Shown one piece after another: positions 38,507-49,123 of a stretch of 64,000 nt of DNA. Made by a program: the position numbers and the translations under genes. Origin of the DNA: Patescibacteria group bacterium. GTDB lineage: Bacteria; Patescibacteriota; Patescibacteriia; JAXHNJ01. Location of the stretch: assembly GCA_041649715.1 (NCBI GenBank), contig JBAZMP010000001.1, positions 82,741 to 146,740 on the forward strand. Reading direction: 5' to 3'. How positions within the stretch are numbered: the stretch's first letter is position 1; every line of letters starts with the position of its first letter. Below the pieces are notes generated by a model. That model did not search any database. It saw only the letters and a program-made list of their open reading frames with translations, and was not told the DNA's origin.

Positions 38507-39130
38507 ATGCTTGAAAAAATTAAATGGCTGGGTCAGTCGGGCTTTAAGATAATTACGGCCGCGGGCAAAACCATTTATCTGGATCCATACAAAGTACCGG
38601 CGGAAAGTCCTCTGGCCGATTTTATCTTTATTACCCATGGCCATTTCGACCATTTTTCCCCGGAGGTTATCGCCAAAATTCGGGGCGAAAAAACGCAAAT
38701 TTATTGCTCGGCGGAATTAGCGTCTAAGATCGGCGGCCAGCTTAAAACGGTCAAGCCCGGCGATAAATTTGCCGCCGATGGATTCGGTGTCCAGGTAGTA
38801 CCGGCCTACAATATCAACAAAGATTTTCATCCCAAGGAAAATAATTGGGTGGGCTTCATTTTGGAGATCGACGGCCAAAGGATTTATCACGCCGGAGATA
38901 CGGATTTGATTCCGGAAATGAAGGATTTAAAAAATATTGATATCGCCTTATTGCCGGTCGGCGGCACCTACACAATGAATTGGCAGGAAGCGGCCGAAGC
39001 GGTCAAGGCTTTCGCCCCAAAAATGGTTATCCCGATGCATTACGGCGAAGCGGCCGGGTCAGACGACGATGCGATAAATTTTAAACAAGCGGTTGGGGAA
39101 AAAGTGGTGATTTTGGAAAAGGAGGGTTAG
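38507..39130 (+). CDS. MBL-fold metallo-hydrolase
   Basis: THGHFDH, YHAGDT, IPMHY. Confidence 0.92.
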   Translation: MLEKIKWLGQSGFKIITAAGKTIYLDPYKVPAESPLADFIFITHGHFDHFSPEVIAKIRGEKTQIYCSAELASKIGGQLKTVKPGDKFAADGFGVQVVPAYNINKDFHPKENNWVGFILEIDGQRIYHAGDTDLIPEMKDLKNIDIALLPVGGTYTMNWQEAAEAVKAFAPKMVIPMHYGEAAGSDDDAINFKQAVGEKVVILEKEG

Positions 39131-39132
39131 AG

Positions 39133-39250
39133 CGTTCTAACCATTCTAATCGTTTTATCCGTTCTATCGTCCTTCGGACTCGTCTTTAGCGAATAGAACG
39201 AGCGTGAGCGATATAACGTCTAGGGCGTCTCAAGCGGGAACGATCGAAAC
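39133..39250. repeat. Degenerate 9-mer inverted-repeat element
   Basis: CGTT(C/T)TA(A/T)C units mirrored by GAT(A/T)AAACG-like units; relative at 48121-48215. Confidence 0.6.
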
Positions 39251-39523
39251 CTCTTGACAAGTAGATAAAAATAAGCTAAGATAGCTGCAAAGCTAAGATA
39301 TGGCTTTGTTAATTAACAATTCATGGGTTAGTAAACCTTTGTGAGACGCTAAGTACTCCTGGCCTTTTGGTCGCTATAGGGCCAGCGGGGAAGACCTTTT
39401 TTAGGCGCGTCATTAGAGCGAAACCGGCACAAAGAGAGGTGATGTTTGATTTGGGTAAAATTTTATTAAGGTCTCACAAAGCGTGAGGCTTTTTTTGTTC
39501 TTTACATTAAGGAGCAATGAAAC

Positions 39524-39907
39524 ATGGCGACCATTCTAGTGATCGAAGATGACGGCGAAAGACAGCACATTTTACAAGCCGTGCTTTTATGCCAGGGGCA
39601 TGAAATTATCGTGTCCGCTGACCCCGGCACCGCCTGGGTGAAGATGATGGCAGCGTCGGGGCGGCCGGACCTGATCATCTGTTCCAGCCCCCAGAGGGGA
39701 TTAGCCGCTTTTCTGCAGAGAAAACACGGGGAAAAAGGATACGGCCGGATACCCGTCATTTTCCTACTGAAAAACGAGAAGTTCAATCAAGAGGAAACCG
39801 AGAGAGAGCCTAAACATAACTATTGGTTTTATCTGGCTATTCCCTTTAATGTCCAACATCTTATCTGCCAAGTGGATGAGATATTGGCCAAAGCCGCTTG
39901 CCGATAA
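39524..39907 (+). CDS. Atypical stand-alone receiver-domain protein
   Basis: ILVIEDD...PDLIICS (no acceptor Asp)...IPVIFL...PF. Confidence 0.7.
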   Translation: MATILVIEDDGERQHILQAVLLCQGHEIIVSADPGTAWVKMMAASGRPDLIICSSPQRGLAAFLQRKHGEKGYGRIPVIFLLKNEKFNQEETEREPKHNYWFYLAIPFNVQHLICQVDEILAKAACR

Positions 39908-40137
39908 TTAAGAGTAAGTCCGCCTGGAGCACCCGGCGGACTTTTTTTATCCCATTAGGAATTTTTTTCTGACGGGGTTTTCTTGACCCAGCCGTTCGCG
40001 AACGCTGGGTTGACAAAAACATTGATATTATTTAAAGTAATAATTCAACGGGTTGTCGGATTGATCTTTGTTAATTGGTTTTAAACTGAGAATGAGGGGT
40101 CAGTTTTTAGTCAGTTTTTCAACGGAAAGGAGTAGAG

Positions 40138-41769
40138 ATGCGAGACGTACAGCTGATCACGGGTCCAGACATTTCCTGCGCCAACTGGCAGATCGAAGCG
40201 GCTTTGCGCATGCTTCACAACAACATTGTCCAGGGCGCCAAGCCGGCCGAGCTCATAATCTACGGCGGGGGGAAAGCGGCGCGCAGCTGGGAGTGTTTCG
40301 ACGCCATCGTCAAAACTCTAAGGGAGCTTAAACCCGATGAGACACTGCTTATTCAGAGCGGCAAACCCGTGGGTGTTCTTAAGACCTTTGAACATTCGCC
40401 GCGGGTACTGATCGTCAATTCCATGTTGGTTCCCCAGTGGTGTTACGAAAAGATCTTTTGGCCTCTGGAAGAAAAAGGAATGACCATGTACGGCCAGATG
40501 ACCGCCGGTTCCTGGGCTTATATCGGCCAGCAGGGGATTATGCAGGGAACTTTCGAGACTTTCGGCGCGGCCGGGGCAAAACCGGGCAAACTTATTTTCA
40601 GCGCCGGTCTCGGCAACATGGGCGGCGCCCAAGCGCCAGCCGGCAAAATGAACGGAGCCACCACTTTGATCGTCGAGATCGATCCTGGACGTATCAGCCG
40701 CTGTCAGAAGGAAGGCTGGATCGATGAGGTATTTGTCGAGATCGAACCGGCGATAAAAAGAGCCTTGGCTGCCCGGGAAAGAAAGGAGTCTGTGGCGATC
40801 GCTTTGCAGGCCAATGTTGTTGATGTTTTGGATTATCTGGTTTCTCACGGTATCGTGCCGGATATCGTGACTGATCAGACCGCAGCTCATCATCCGAAAA
40901 TCGGATATTTTCCCCAACGGCTTTCTTTTGAGGAATCTCTGGAGATGAGAAAAAAAGATCCAGACTATTATCTTGAATTATGTCTGGAATCCATATTCAG
41001 GCACGTAGCGCGATTAGTTAATCTTCAGAACAGCGGGGCGACGGTTTTCGACTACGGCAATGGCATCCGCCGGCACGCCTTTGAGAGAGGTCTTGAGAGT
41101 GCTTTCAATATCAAGGGCTTTGTCCCGCTCTATGTCCGGCCGCTTTTCTGCGAAGGCCGCGGGCCTTTCCGGGTAGCTGCTCTTTCCGGCGATCCGGCGG
41201 ACATTGCAGTCATCGACAAGATCATCCTGGACTTTTTCCCGGACAACGCGATGCTTGTTAATTGGATACACAAGGTGCAGAAAGCGATTGATTTTTCCAA
41301 ACAGCCCGGTCTGCCGGCGCGCGTCTGCTGGTTAGGTCAGGGCGAGCGGAAAGCGATCGTCGAGGCGATCTGGTGGGCCCTGAGAAAAGGGGAGCTGAAA
41401 GCTCCGATCTGGGTCGGCCGCGATCATCTTGATTGCGGTTCCGTGGCTTCACCTGACCGCGAGACGGAAAGCATGATTGATGGTTCGGACTTCATCGCTG
41501 ACTGGCCGATTCTTAACGCCTTGGTCGCCTGCTCGAGCGGAGCCACCTGGGTGAGCGTGCACGACGGCGGCGGGGTCGGTATTGGCAAAGCCATTCACGC
41601 CGGTCAGTGCTTTGTCATCACGCCCGACGCGAGTTGTCTTTCGCGGGCGACGCGCGTTTTCACCAACGATCCGGCCACCGGGATTATCCGGCACGCCGAC
41701 GCCGGCTACCCGGAAGCGATCAAGGCCGCGAAAAAGCACGGCATCATAATTCCGATGCCCAAAGAATAG
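40138..41769 (+). CDS. hutU: Urocanate hydratase
   Basis: YGQMTAGSW.YIG.QG, GRDHLDCGSVASP.RETE, H.GGGVG. Confidence 0.96.
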   Translation: MRDVQLITGPDISCANWQIEAALRMLHNNIVQGAKPAELIIYGGGKAARSWECFDAIVKTLRELKPDETLLIQSGKPVGVLKTFEHSPRVLIVNSMLVPQWCYEKIFWPLEEKGMTMYGQMTAGSWAYIGQQGIMQGTFETFGAAGAKPGKLIFSAGLGNMGGAQAPAGKMNGATTLIVEIDPGRISRCQKEGWIDEVFVEIEPAIKRALAARERKESVAIALQANVVDVLDYLVSHGIVPDIVTDQTAAHHPKIGYFPQRLSFEESLEMRKKDPDYYLELCLESIFRHVARLVNLQNSGATVFDYGNGIRRHAFERGLESAFNIKGFVPLYVRPLFCEGRGPFRVAALSGDPADIAVIDKIILDFFPDNAMLVNWIHKVQKAIDFSKQPGLPARVCWLGQGERKAIVEAIWWALRKGELKAPIWVGRDHLDCGSVASPDRETESMIDGSDFIADWPILNALVACSSGATWVSVHDGGGVGIGKAIHAGQCFVITPDASCLSRATRVFTNDPATGIIRHADAGYPEAIKAAKKHGIIIPMPKE

Positions 41770-41949
41770 GAAGAGTTTCTTTCATCAAAACCCGCCAGCA
41801 CCTACGCGTGCTGGCTTTTTTATCCCGTTAGAAAAGTGATTTTTAAAGAGAGTAATTTGACTTTTTTGACAAATGTTACTAAGATTATTTATTCATTGAT
41901 AATTGAGTATTTTTTTTCCGACGAACTTTCAAAATTAAGGAGGAATATT

Positions 41950-42459
41950 ATGTTAGCAGTAGGGGGCGGAGGCTATCCATTGATGAATGTTTTGTATCGC
42001 ACCTACAGTCAATTGATAGATGCATTATTTTCTTGGTCGGATAATCCAGTCACTGACAAAACATTCGGTTGTTTGATTGTGCTAACTCCTCAAGGTACAT
42101 TTGTCCAAGACCGTGTCGGTCCGCTTAGGCCGGAAGAATTTAGGCCGGATAAATACGATCAGCTAGAAATTTTGTCTCTGGAAAAAGCTAAGCGTCTTCG
42201 TCGCCACCCGAAGCATTTTTCCAGTTTTCAAAGCCGAAATCCGGAAAAGAATCAGCTGGGCGGGGCGGTCAGAATCGAAAATAACAATTTCATTCTCTCC
42301 CTCACCTATGTTAATGAAGAGTTGGATGAGGCAATTGTGACAGCGACTGCTTGGCACATGGGAATAATGTCTATGGATGAGACTAGGCGGATAGCTGAAG
42401 CGAGTGGCAATCAGTTTATTTCTCGTTTGATGGAGATTGAGATTGAGAGCCCTTTTTAA
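41950..42459 (+). CDS. Hypothetical protein
   Basis: AAGGAGG SD before the ATG at 41950; TTGACT-17-TAAGAT promoter. Confidence 0.65.
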   Translation: MLAVGGGGYPLMNVLYRTYSQLIDALFSWSDNPVTDKTFGCLIVLTPQGTFVQDRVGPLRPEEFRPDKYDQLEILSLEKAKRLRRHPKHFSSFQSRNPEKNQLGGAVRIENNNFILSLTYVNEELDEAIVTATAWHMGIMSMDETRRIAEASGNQFISRLMEIEIESPF

Positions 42460-42574
42460 GGGGTAGACTAAACAGTCCAAAAATCGAACAAAGCGAGTGC
42501 CTAGACACTCGCTTTTTTATTTGACTTATAGCCAAATTTTTACTAGAATTAAGTATCTCAAATTATTTTATATT

Positions 42575-44380
42575 ATGGTTGAGGAAGCGAAAAAAATCAT
42601 CGAGATACCCGCGAAAATCATGGTCAAGGAACTGGCCGGGCTTTTGAAATTGCCGGTTACCGACATTATCGCCCAATTGATGAAAAACGGCGTGCTGGCC
42701 AGCCAGAATGAAAACGTCGATTTTGACACGGCGGCGGTGATCGCCGATGATCTGGGTTTTGAGGCGAAACTGAGGGAAGAGGCAGAAAGCGAAGGCGGCC
42801 AGGGTATAAAAGAAATTATCGGCCTTGAAGAAAAGAAAAATTTAAAGCCGCGGCCGCCGATTGTCGTTGTTTTGGGCCACGTCGATCATGGCAAGACCAT
42901 GCTGCTCGATGCCATCCGTCAGACGAAAGTGGTGGACAGCGAATACGGCGGCATCACCCAGCATATCGGCGCATACCAGGTACGGCATAAAAAACAATCC
43001 ATTACTTTTATCGATACTCCTGGCCACGAAGCTTTCACGGCCATGCGTTCGCGCGGAGCCAAAGTCGCCGACATCGCCGTCCTGGTGGTGGCGGCGGACG
43101 ACGGGATAAAACCCCAGACCAAGGAAGCTTTGAATATCATCAAAGCGGCCGGATTGCCTTTTATCGTGGCGATAAATAAGATAGATAAACCCGAGGCCGA
43201 TGTCCAGCGGATTTTAAAAGCCCTGGCGGATCTTGATCTGCTGCCGGAGGAATGGGGCGGCAAGACCATCTGTGTCAAAGTTTCCGCCAAGGAAAAGAAA
43301 GGCATCGATGATCTTTTGGAGATGATCTTGCTCGTTTATGAAATGGAAAAACAAAAGATCGTGGCCTCGCCTTCCGGCAAGCTGGTCGCTTCAGTGGTCG
43401 AGTCGCGCGTTGATCCCCAGGAGGGCCCGGTGGCCACCATTTTGATCCACGCCGGCACTTTGAAGATCGGCGACACGGTCAGTATCGGCAGCATTTACGG
43501 CAAGATAAAAGCCATGAAGAATTTTTTAGGCGAACCGATCGGCCAAGCTTTGCCTTCCACGCCGGCCAGAATCTTGGGCTTGAAAGGCTCGCCGGTCGTA
43601 GGCGACATTCTGACCCTGGCCGAAAATTTGCACTCCTTGAAAAAAATGGCCAAACAGTATCGCGTCGATAAACATTTGTTAAAGCCCAACGAAATGCGGG
43701 TTGAAACAAAAAGGGGCAAGGAAGAAAAAGACAAGGAAGGCAAAAATGAAAAAAGGGTAAAAGAGCTTAAACTGATATTAAAGGCGGATAATCTCGGCTC
43801 GTTGGAAGCGATCACTGAAAGTCTGAAGAAGTTTCAGCATCCCGAGGTCAAGCTTGAGATCGTCTACAGCGGTCTCGGCAATATCATGGACAGCGATGTG
43901 CTGAAAGCGGAGGCGACGGAGGCGCTTTTGCGGGGATTCAATGTTTCTCTCCAGCCTTCGGCCCAAGACCTCGCCCGCGAAAAAAACATCGTTTTCAAAA
44001 GCTACCGGATCATCTACGAATTATTTGACGAGATAAAAAGTAAATTAGAGGGGATGCTTAGTCCCGACATTTTTGAAGAAAAAACCGGACGGATGAAAGT
44101 CATGGCTATTTTCCGCACCGAAAAAAGATCAATGATCGTGGGAGGCAAGGTCACCGAAGGAAAATTCCGGCCGAAAATAAAAGTTAAAGTTTTAAGGAAT
44201 AAAGAAGAAATTTCCCGCGGTACGATCTCGGCGACCCAGCAGGACAAGAAAGCCGTCCCCGAAGTGGGCAAGGGCCAGGAATGCGGCCTGAAATATGAAG
44301 GCGACCCCGTTATCCAGGTGAATGACGTGATCGAAGCCTACGAAGAGCAGAAAATCTTCAAAAAAATTCAAATAAAATAA
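42575..44380 (+). CDS. infB: Translation initiation factor IF-2
   Basis: GHVDHGKT, DTPGHEAF, NKID. Confidence 0.98.
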   Translation: MVEEAKKIIEIPAKIMVKELAGLLKLPVTDIIAQLMKNGVLASQNENVDFDTAAVIADDLGFEAKLREEAESEGGQGIKEIIGLEEKKNLKPRPPIVVVLGHVDHGKTMLLDAIRQTKVVDSEYGGITQHIGAYQVRHKKQSITFIDTPGHEAFTAMRSRGAKVADIAVLVVAADDGIKPQTKEALNIIKAAGLPFIVAINKIDKPEADVQRILKALADLDLLPEEWGGKTICVKVSAKEKKGIDDLLEMILLVYEMEKQKIVASPSGKLVASVVESRVDPQEGPVATILIHAGTLKIGDTVSIGSIYGKIKAMKNFLGEPIGQALPSTPARILGLKGSPVVGDILTLAENLHSLKKMAKQYRVDKHLLKPNEMRVETKRGKEEKDKEGKNEKRVKELKLILKADNLGSLEAITESLKKFQHPEVKLEIVYSGLGNIMDSDVLKAEATEALLRGFNVSLQPSAQDLAREKNIVFKSYRIIYELFDEIKSKLEGMLSPDIFEEKTGRMKVMAIFRTEKRSMIVGGKVTEGKFRPKIKVKVLRNKEEISRGTISATQQDKKAVPEVGKGQECGLKYEGDPVIQVNDVIEAYEEQKIFKKIQIK

Positions 44381-44724
44381 TGTCGGAAAAACGCTTAAAT
44401 CAGGTTAATCAGCTTATCCAGCGGGAAATCGCCGATATCATCCTGAAAGAGATAGATTTCCCCCCGGGGTGTCTGGTGACCGTGACCAGGGTAAAGACCT
44501 CGGTGGACATTGCCTTCGCCAGGGTCTGTCTTTCTGTTTTGCCCGTCTCTTTTGCCGGCCGGGTGCTGAAAATTTTGGAAAAGAACATCTATCATCTCCA
44601 GCAGGTGCTAAATAAGCGGCTCGTCATGCGCACGGTGCCGAAAATCATGTTCCGGCTTGATCTAGCGGAGCAGGAGGTGGAAAGAGTGAATAAGCTGCTT
44701 GACAAGATAAAGAATCAAGGTTAA
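44380..44724 (+). CDS. rbfA: Ribosome-binding factor A
   Basis: Follows infB; VTVTRV, R.VPKI.F.LD. Confidence 0.93.
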   Translation: MSEKRLNQVNQLIQREIADIILKEIDFPPGCLVTVTRVKTSVDIAFARVCLSVLPVSFAGRVLKILEKNIYHLQQVLNKRLVMRTVPKIMFRLDLAEQEVERVNKLLDKIKNQG

Positions 44725-44746
44725 ACTGCCCGGTTAAACCCTTTTA

Positions 44747-45736
44747 ATGCCGGTTATGAAAGAATTTAATCAACCTTTCGCCAAGTTAAACGAATACATT
44801 CTTGCCAGCCAGAATATCCTTTTGACGACCCATGAAAAGCCGGACGGGGACGCCATCGGCGCCCTGCTTGCCCTGGCTTATTATTTTTCTGACTTAGGCA
44901 AAAAATATCATTGTTTTTCAGAAACCAGGGTCATTGACCCTTTTTATTTTTTACCGGGGATCGAAAAAGTCAGCCAGAGCATCCCTGATCTTAAAGGTTT
45001 TGACCTGATCATTTTTTTGGACGCCGGAGACGTCAAAAGAACCGGGATCAAGGATTATCTGCCTCAAATCGAGAGGGAAAAAACAAAGATTGTCAATATT
45101 GACCATCATTTGACCACAAGCCTTAAGGCCGGTCACTTTTTTGATTTGAATATCGTTGATCTGGAGGTTTCCTCAACCGCGGAAATAATCTATAATTTTT
45201 TTGATTTTTTGAACATTCCGATCAACAAGGAAAAGGCCACTAATTTATTGACCGGGCTTCTTACCGATACGGGCTGTTTTTCCAATTTGGGGACGACGGT
45301 TTCTTCTTTTGCCATCGCTGCCAAACTACTGAATAAAGGGGCCAACATAAAAAAGATCTGCGACCATACCTTAAAAAATAAAAACATCGTTTCTTTAAAA
45401 CTTTGGGGCCGGGTTTTGGCGGGTTTGGAAAAAAACGAAAAAACGGGAGTGGTTACTTCCGTCATTACGCTGAAAGACGTGGAGGAATGCGGCGCCGACG
45501 AGGAATCAACTGAAGGGATCAGCAATTTTTTGAATTTTCTTTCCGAGGCCAGGTTCACTCTTTTGCTTAAGGAGGAAAAAAACGGCCAGGTCAGGGGCAG
45601 CTTAAGGACGACGCGCGAGGACGTAGATGTTTCACGGATCGCGGCCCGTTTCGGCGGCGGCGGCCATAAAAAAGCCGCCGGTTTTTCCGTTAAAGGCAGG
45701 CTTAGGAAAACCAAAGACGGCTGGCGGATAGAGTGA
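44747..45736 (+). CDS. DHH-family phosphoesterase (NrnA-like)
   Basis: H..PDGDA, IDHH, TDTG, GGGGH. Confidence 0.93.
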   Translation: MPVMKEFNQPFAKLNEYILASQNILLTTHEKPDGDAIGALLALAYYFSDLGKKYHCFSETRVIDPFYFLPGIEKVSQSIPDLKGFDLIIFLDAGDVKRTGIKDYLPQIEREKTKIVNIDHHLTTSLKAGHFFDLNIVDLEVSSTAEIIYNFFDFLNIPINKEKATNLLTGLLTDTGCFSNLGTTVSSFAIAAKLLNKGANIKKICDHTLKNKNIVSLKLWGRVLAGLEKNEKTGVVTSVITLKDVEECGADEESTEGISNFLNFLSEARFTLLLKEEKNGQVRGSLRTTREDVDVSRIAARFGGGGHKKAAGFSVKGRLRKTKDGWRIE

Positions 45737-45798
45737 TTGAAAGATTTTCGAGCCTGGTCTATAATAATATAGCCTAATTATTAAGCGCTTATAATAAT

Positions 45799-46401
45799 AT
45801 GTCAGAAATCAAAGATCAGGTCCTCGTGCCCATGGTGGTGGAAAAAACTTCTTTGGGTGAACGGGCCTACGACATCTATTCCCGTCTCCTAAGGGAAAGA
45901 ATTGTTTTCCTGGGCGATGTGATCAGCGATGCCTTGGCCAACACGATAATTGCCCAGCTGCTTTTTTTAGCCAGCGAGGACAAGAACAAGGAAATCAAAT
46001 TGTATATAAATACGCCGGGCGGCTCGGTGACCGCCGGCATGGCGATTTACGATACCATGCAGTATGTCAAGCCGCAAGTGGCCACTATCTGTGTCGGGAT
46101 GGCCGCTTCCATGGGGGCGGTCCTGCTTTCGGCCGGGGCGCCGGGAAAAAGATTTGCCCTGCCTAATTCAGAGATTCTCCTCCACCAGGTGATGGGCGAA
46201 GCGGGCGGCCAGGCGGTGGATATCAAGATCCGGGCTGAACATATCCTGAAGATCCGTGACAAAATAAATAAAATCTTGTCCAAGCACTCCGGTCAGCCTT
46301 TGGCAAAAATTGAAAAAGACACTGACCGCGACTTTTTTATGTCCGCTGAAGAGGCGAAAAGATACGGCTTGGTCGATAAGATTATCGTTAACGGATTATA
46401 G
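45799..46401 (+). CDS. clpP: Clp protease proteolytic subunit
   Basis: DIYSRLL, AASMG, HQ, DRD. Confidence 0.98.
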   Translation: MSEIKDQVLVPMVVEKTSLGERAYDIYSRLLRERIVFLGDVISDALANTIIAQLLFLASEDKNKEIKLYINTPGGSVTAGMAIYDTMQYVKPQVATICVGMAASMGAVLLSAGAPGKRFALPNSEILLHQVMGEAGGQAVDIKIRAEHILKIRDKINKILSKHSGQPLAKIEKDTDRDFFMSAEEAKRYGLVDKIIVNGL

Positions 46402-46585
46402 GTTTAGAATAAGGGGGATGGCGGCTCCTTGCCCTTTTCTTTTGTTTATGTTAATATGACAAAAGTTATCTTATTAATAATCAATATGATAATCCATAAA
46501 ATAATTAATAGAAAAAGGAGAAAAGAGCCAAATATATCGTTTTTGGCGCTTGTTTCGCTGTTTTATGGATTAGGAAATCAATCTT

Positions 46586-48112
46586 ATGAACACATCAATT
46601 TGGATTATACTCCTGGCGGTGGGTTTGCCGGCCGGGATTTTAGCCGGTTATTTTGCCCGCAAATTTTGGGCCGTACGGGAGTCCGCTTCGGCTGAAGCAA
46701 GAGCGAAAAATTTAATCGATCAGGCCAAAGAGAAACAGAAAGAAATCCTTATCCAGGCCAAGGATAAGGCGCTTTCGGTTATCGACGAGGCAAAGAAAGA
46801 AGTCGAAGAGCGACGCCATGAATTTTCTCATTTGCAGAACAGATTGGAAAAAAGAGAAGCGCTTTTTGACCAGAAAATCCTGGATTTTGAGGAAAGGCAG
46901 CAAGGCCTTTTAGACAAGATCCAGCGTATTGAAAAAATGAAAGAAGAAATCGTGGCGGTCAAGGAGGAACAGATGGCAAAACTGGTGAAAATCGCCGAAC
47001 TGACCCAGGAAGAGGCAAAAAAAGTCCTTCTGGAAAATACGGAGACAAAAATGAAAGAAGAACTTTTGGCCCGTATCCGCAAACTCCAGAATATAGGCCA
47101 GGAGGAATTGGAACGTGAGGCGAAAAATCTGCTTTCAGTTGTTATTCAGAGGATCGCTTCTTCGCATGCGACCGAAACCACCACCACGGTAGTAAATCTG
47201 CCTTCAGATGAAATGAAGGGTCGGATCATCGGCCGCGAAGGCCGCAATATCAAGACCATCGAGCAGCTAACCGGAGTGGAAATCATCGTGGATGACACGC
47301 CGGAAGCGATCGTCATCTCCGGTTTCAATCCCATTCGGAGGCATCTGGCCAAAAGGGCGCTTGATAAATTGATCGCCGACGGCCGCATTCATCCCGCCCG
47401 CATCGAAGAAACGATCGAAAAGGCGAAAAAAGAACTGGCTTTGGATATTAAAAAGGCCGGTGAGGAAGCGGCTTACAAGGTCGGTGTCGCCGGGTTAGAC
47501 CCGAAATTGATCCAGATTTTAGGCCGTTTGAAATACCGGACTTCTTACGGCCAGAATGTTTTGCAGCATTCCATCGAAGTTTCGGAGCTTTCCGCTTTGC
47601 TGGCCGAAGAGCTAGGGGCGAATGTCACGGCCTGTAAAAAGGGCGGGTTGCTGCACGATATCGGCAAGGCGGTTGATCACGAAGTCCAGGGCGGCCATCC
47701 GGAGATCGGCTACGATATCATGAAGAAATTCGGTCTGCCCGAGGAAATCGCCTACGTCGCCCGGGCTCATCATGAAGACGCCCCCAAGACCTTGGAGGGT
47801 ATCATCGTGAAAGTGGCGGATGCCATTTCCGGTGCCCGACCGGGAGCGCGGAAGGATTCTTACGAAAATTATATTCAGAGGCTCGAGGAACTGGAAGCGG
47901 TGGCCAAGCAATTTCCTGGCGTGGAAAAAACCTATGCCGTGCAGGCCGGCCGCGAAATCCGCGTCTTCGTCATACCGGAAAAAATTGACGACCTGGCGGC
48001 GGTAAAAATGGCCGCGGCTATCGCCAAAAAAATCGAAGAGGAACTGCGCTATCCGGGCGAGATTAAAGTTAATGTCATTCGTGAAACAAGGGTGGTGGAA
48101 TACGCCCGTTAG
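46586..48112 (+). CDS. rny: Ribonuclease Y
   Basis: TM helix, coiled coil, KH (GRIIGREGRNI), HD (LLHDIGK). Confidence 0.97.
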   Translation: MNTSIWIILLAVGLPAGILAGYFARKFWAVRESASAEARAKNLIDQAKEKQKEILIQAKDKALSVIDEAKKEVEERRHEFSHLQNRLEKREALFDQKILDFEERQQGLLDKIQRIEKMKEEIVAVKEEQMAKLVKIAELTQEEAKKVLLENTETKMKEELLARIRKLQNIGQEELEREAKNLLSVVIQRIASSHATETTTTVVNLPSDEMKGRIIGREGRNIKTIEQLTGVEIIVDDTPEAIVISGFNPIRRHLAKRALDKLIADGRIHPARIEETIEKAKKELALDIKKAGEEAAYKVGVAGLDPKLIQILGRLKYRTSYGQNVLQHSIEVSELSALLAEELGANVTACKKGGLLHDIGKAVDHEVQGGHPEIGYDIMKKFGLPEEIAYVARAHHEDAPKTLEGIIVKVADAISGARPGARKDSYENYIQRLEELEAVAKQFPGVEKTYAVQAGREIRVFVIPEKIDDLAAVKMAAAIAKKIEEELRYPGEIKVNVIRETRVVEYAR

Positions 48113-48120
48113 TTTTATTT

Positions 48121-48215
48121 GTTTTAACCGCTCTAACCGCAGTAACCGTTTTATCGCCTTTGGCTCGCTAACGTTTAGAACGTTTCAAACGAGCGAAGCG
48201 ATAAAACGATTAAAA
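48121..48215. repeat. Degenerate 9-mer inverted-repeat element
   Basis: CGTTTTATCGC...GCGATAAAACG arms; similar to 39133-39250. Confidence 0.6.
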
Positions 48216-48264
48216 CATACGAATCTATCAGTTAACTATTCAACTAACTAACTAAAACACACCC

Positions 48265-49062
48265 TTGATTCTAAAAGTATTATTCTTCGGCGACATTGTC
48301 GGCAAAATCGGCCGTCAAGCGGTCAAAAAAATCCTGCCGAAATTAAAAAAGGAATATAAGCCTGATTTGATTTTGGCCAATGCGGAAAACCTGGCTCACG
48401 GCATCGGCATGACGGAAAAAACCATCGATGAAATGCAGGAAGCGGGAGTGGACTTTTTCACTTCCGGCAACCATTTTCTGAAAAAAGAGGAAATTCGCGA
48501 CCGGCTTTCTTCGCCGGAAACCAATATTTTGCGGCCGGCCAACTATCCGCCAGGCGTGCCCGGCCGAGGGGAAAAATTGCTTGAGATTGGCTTAAAAAGG
48601 GTGGTTGTGGTAAACTTAGTAGGCAGGGTATTTATGGGCGAGGATTTTGATTGCCCTTTCCGGAAATTTGATGAGATTTTTGAAAAGTACAAAAACGATA
48701 AAGTACCCATCATTGTTGATTTTCACGCCGAAGCCACCTCGGAAAAAGTGGCCTTGGGTTATTATCTTGACGGTCGGGCGGCCGCGATAGTCGGGACCCA
48801 TACCCACGTGGCGACGGCTGACCAGCGTGTTTTGCCGGGCGGCTCGGCTTTTGTCAGCGATATCGGCATGGTGGCGACTCTTGATTCCGTCATCGGGGTG
48901 GAGAAAAAAGAGGTGATCAAGATGTTCTTGACTCAGCTGCCTCTGCGCCACGAGTTGCCGGAAGAAGGCGAAGTCTTGGTCAATGCGGTTTATTTTGAGA
49001 TTGATCTGGAAAAGAATAAGGCAAAAAGCATCGAAAGAGTGGACCGCGTGATCAAAATCTAA
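48265..49062 (+). CDS. ymdB: YmdB-family metallophosphoesterase
   Basis: GDIVG..G, NAEN, SGNH, DFHAEATSEK, GTHTHV; follows rny. Confidence 0.92.
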   Translation: MILKVLFFGDIVGKIGRQAVKKILPKLKKEYKPDLILANAENLAHGIGMTEKTIDEMQEAGVDFFTSGNHFLKKEEIRDRLSSPETNILRPANYPPGVPGRGEKLLEIGLKRVVVVNLVGRVFMGEDFDCPFRKFDEIFEKYKNDKVPIIVDFHAEATSEKVALGYYLDGRAAAIVGTHTHVATADQRVLPGGSAFVSDIGMVATLDSVIGVEKKEVIKMFLTQLPLRHELPEEGEVLVNAVYFEIDLEKNKAKSIERVDRVIKI

Positions 49063-49123
49063 AAACAATAAATCAAAGCAGGCTAAAGGTCGAAAAGATA
49101 AATAAAACAGGAGAAATATTAAA

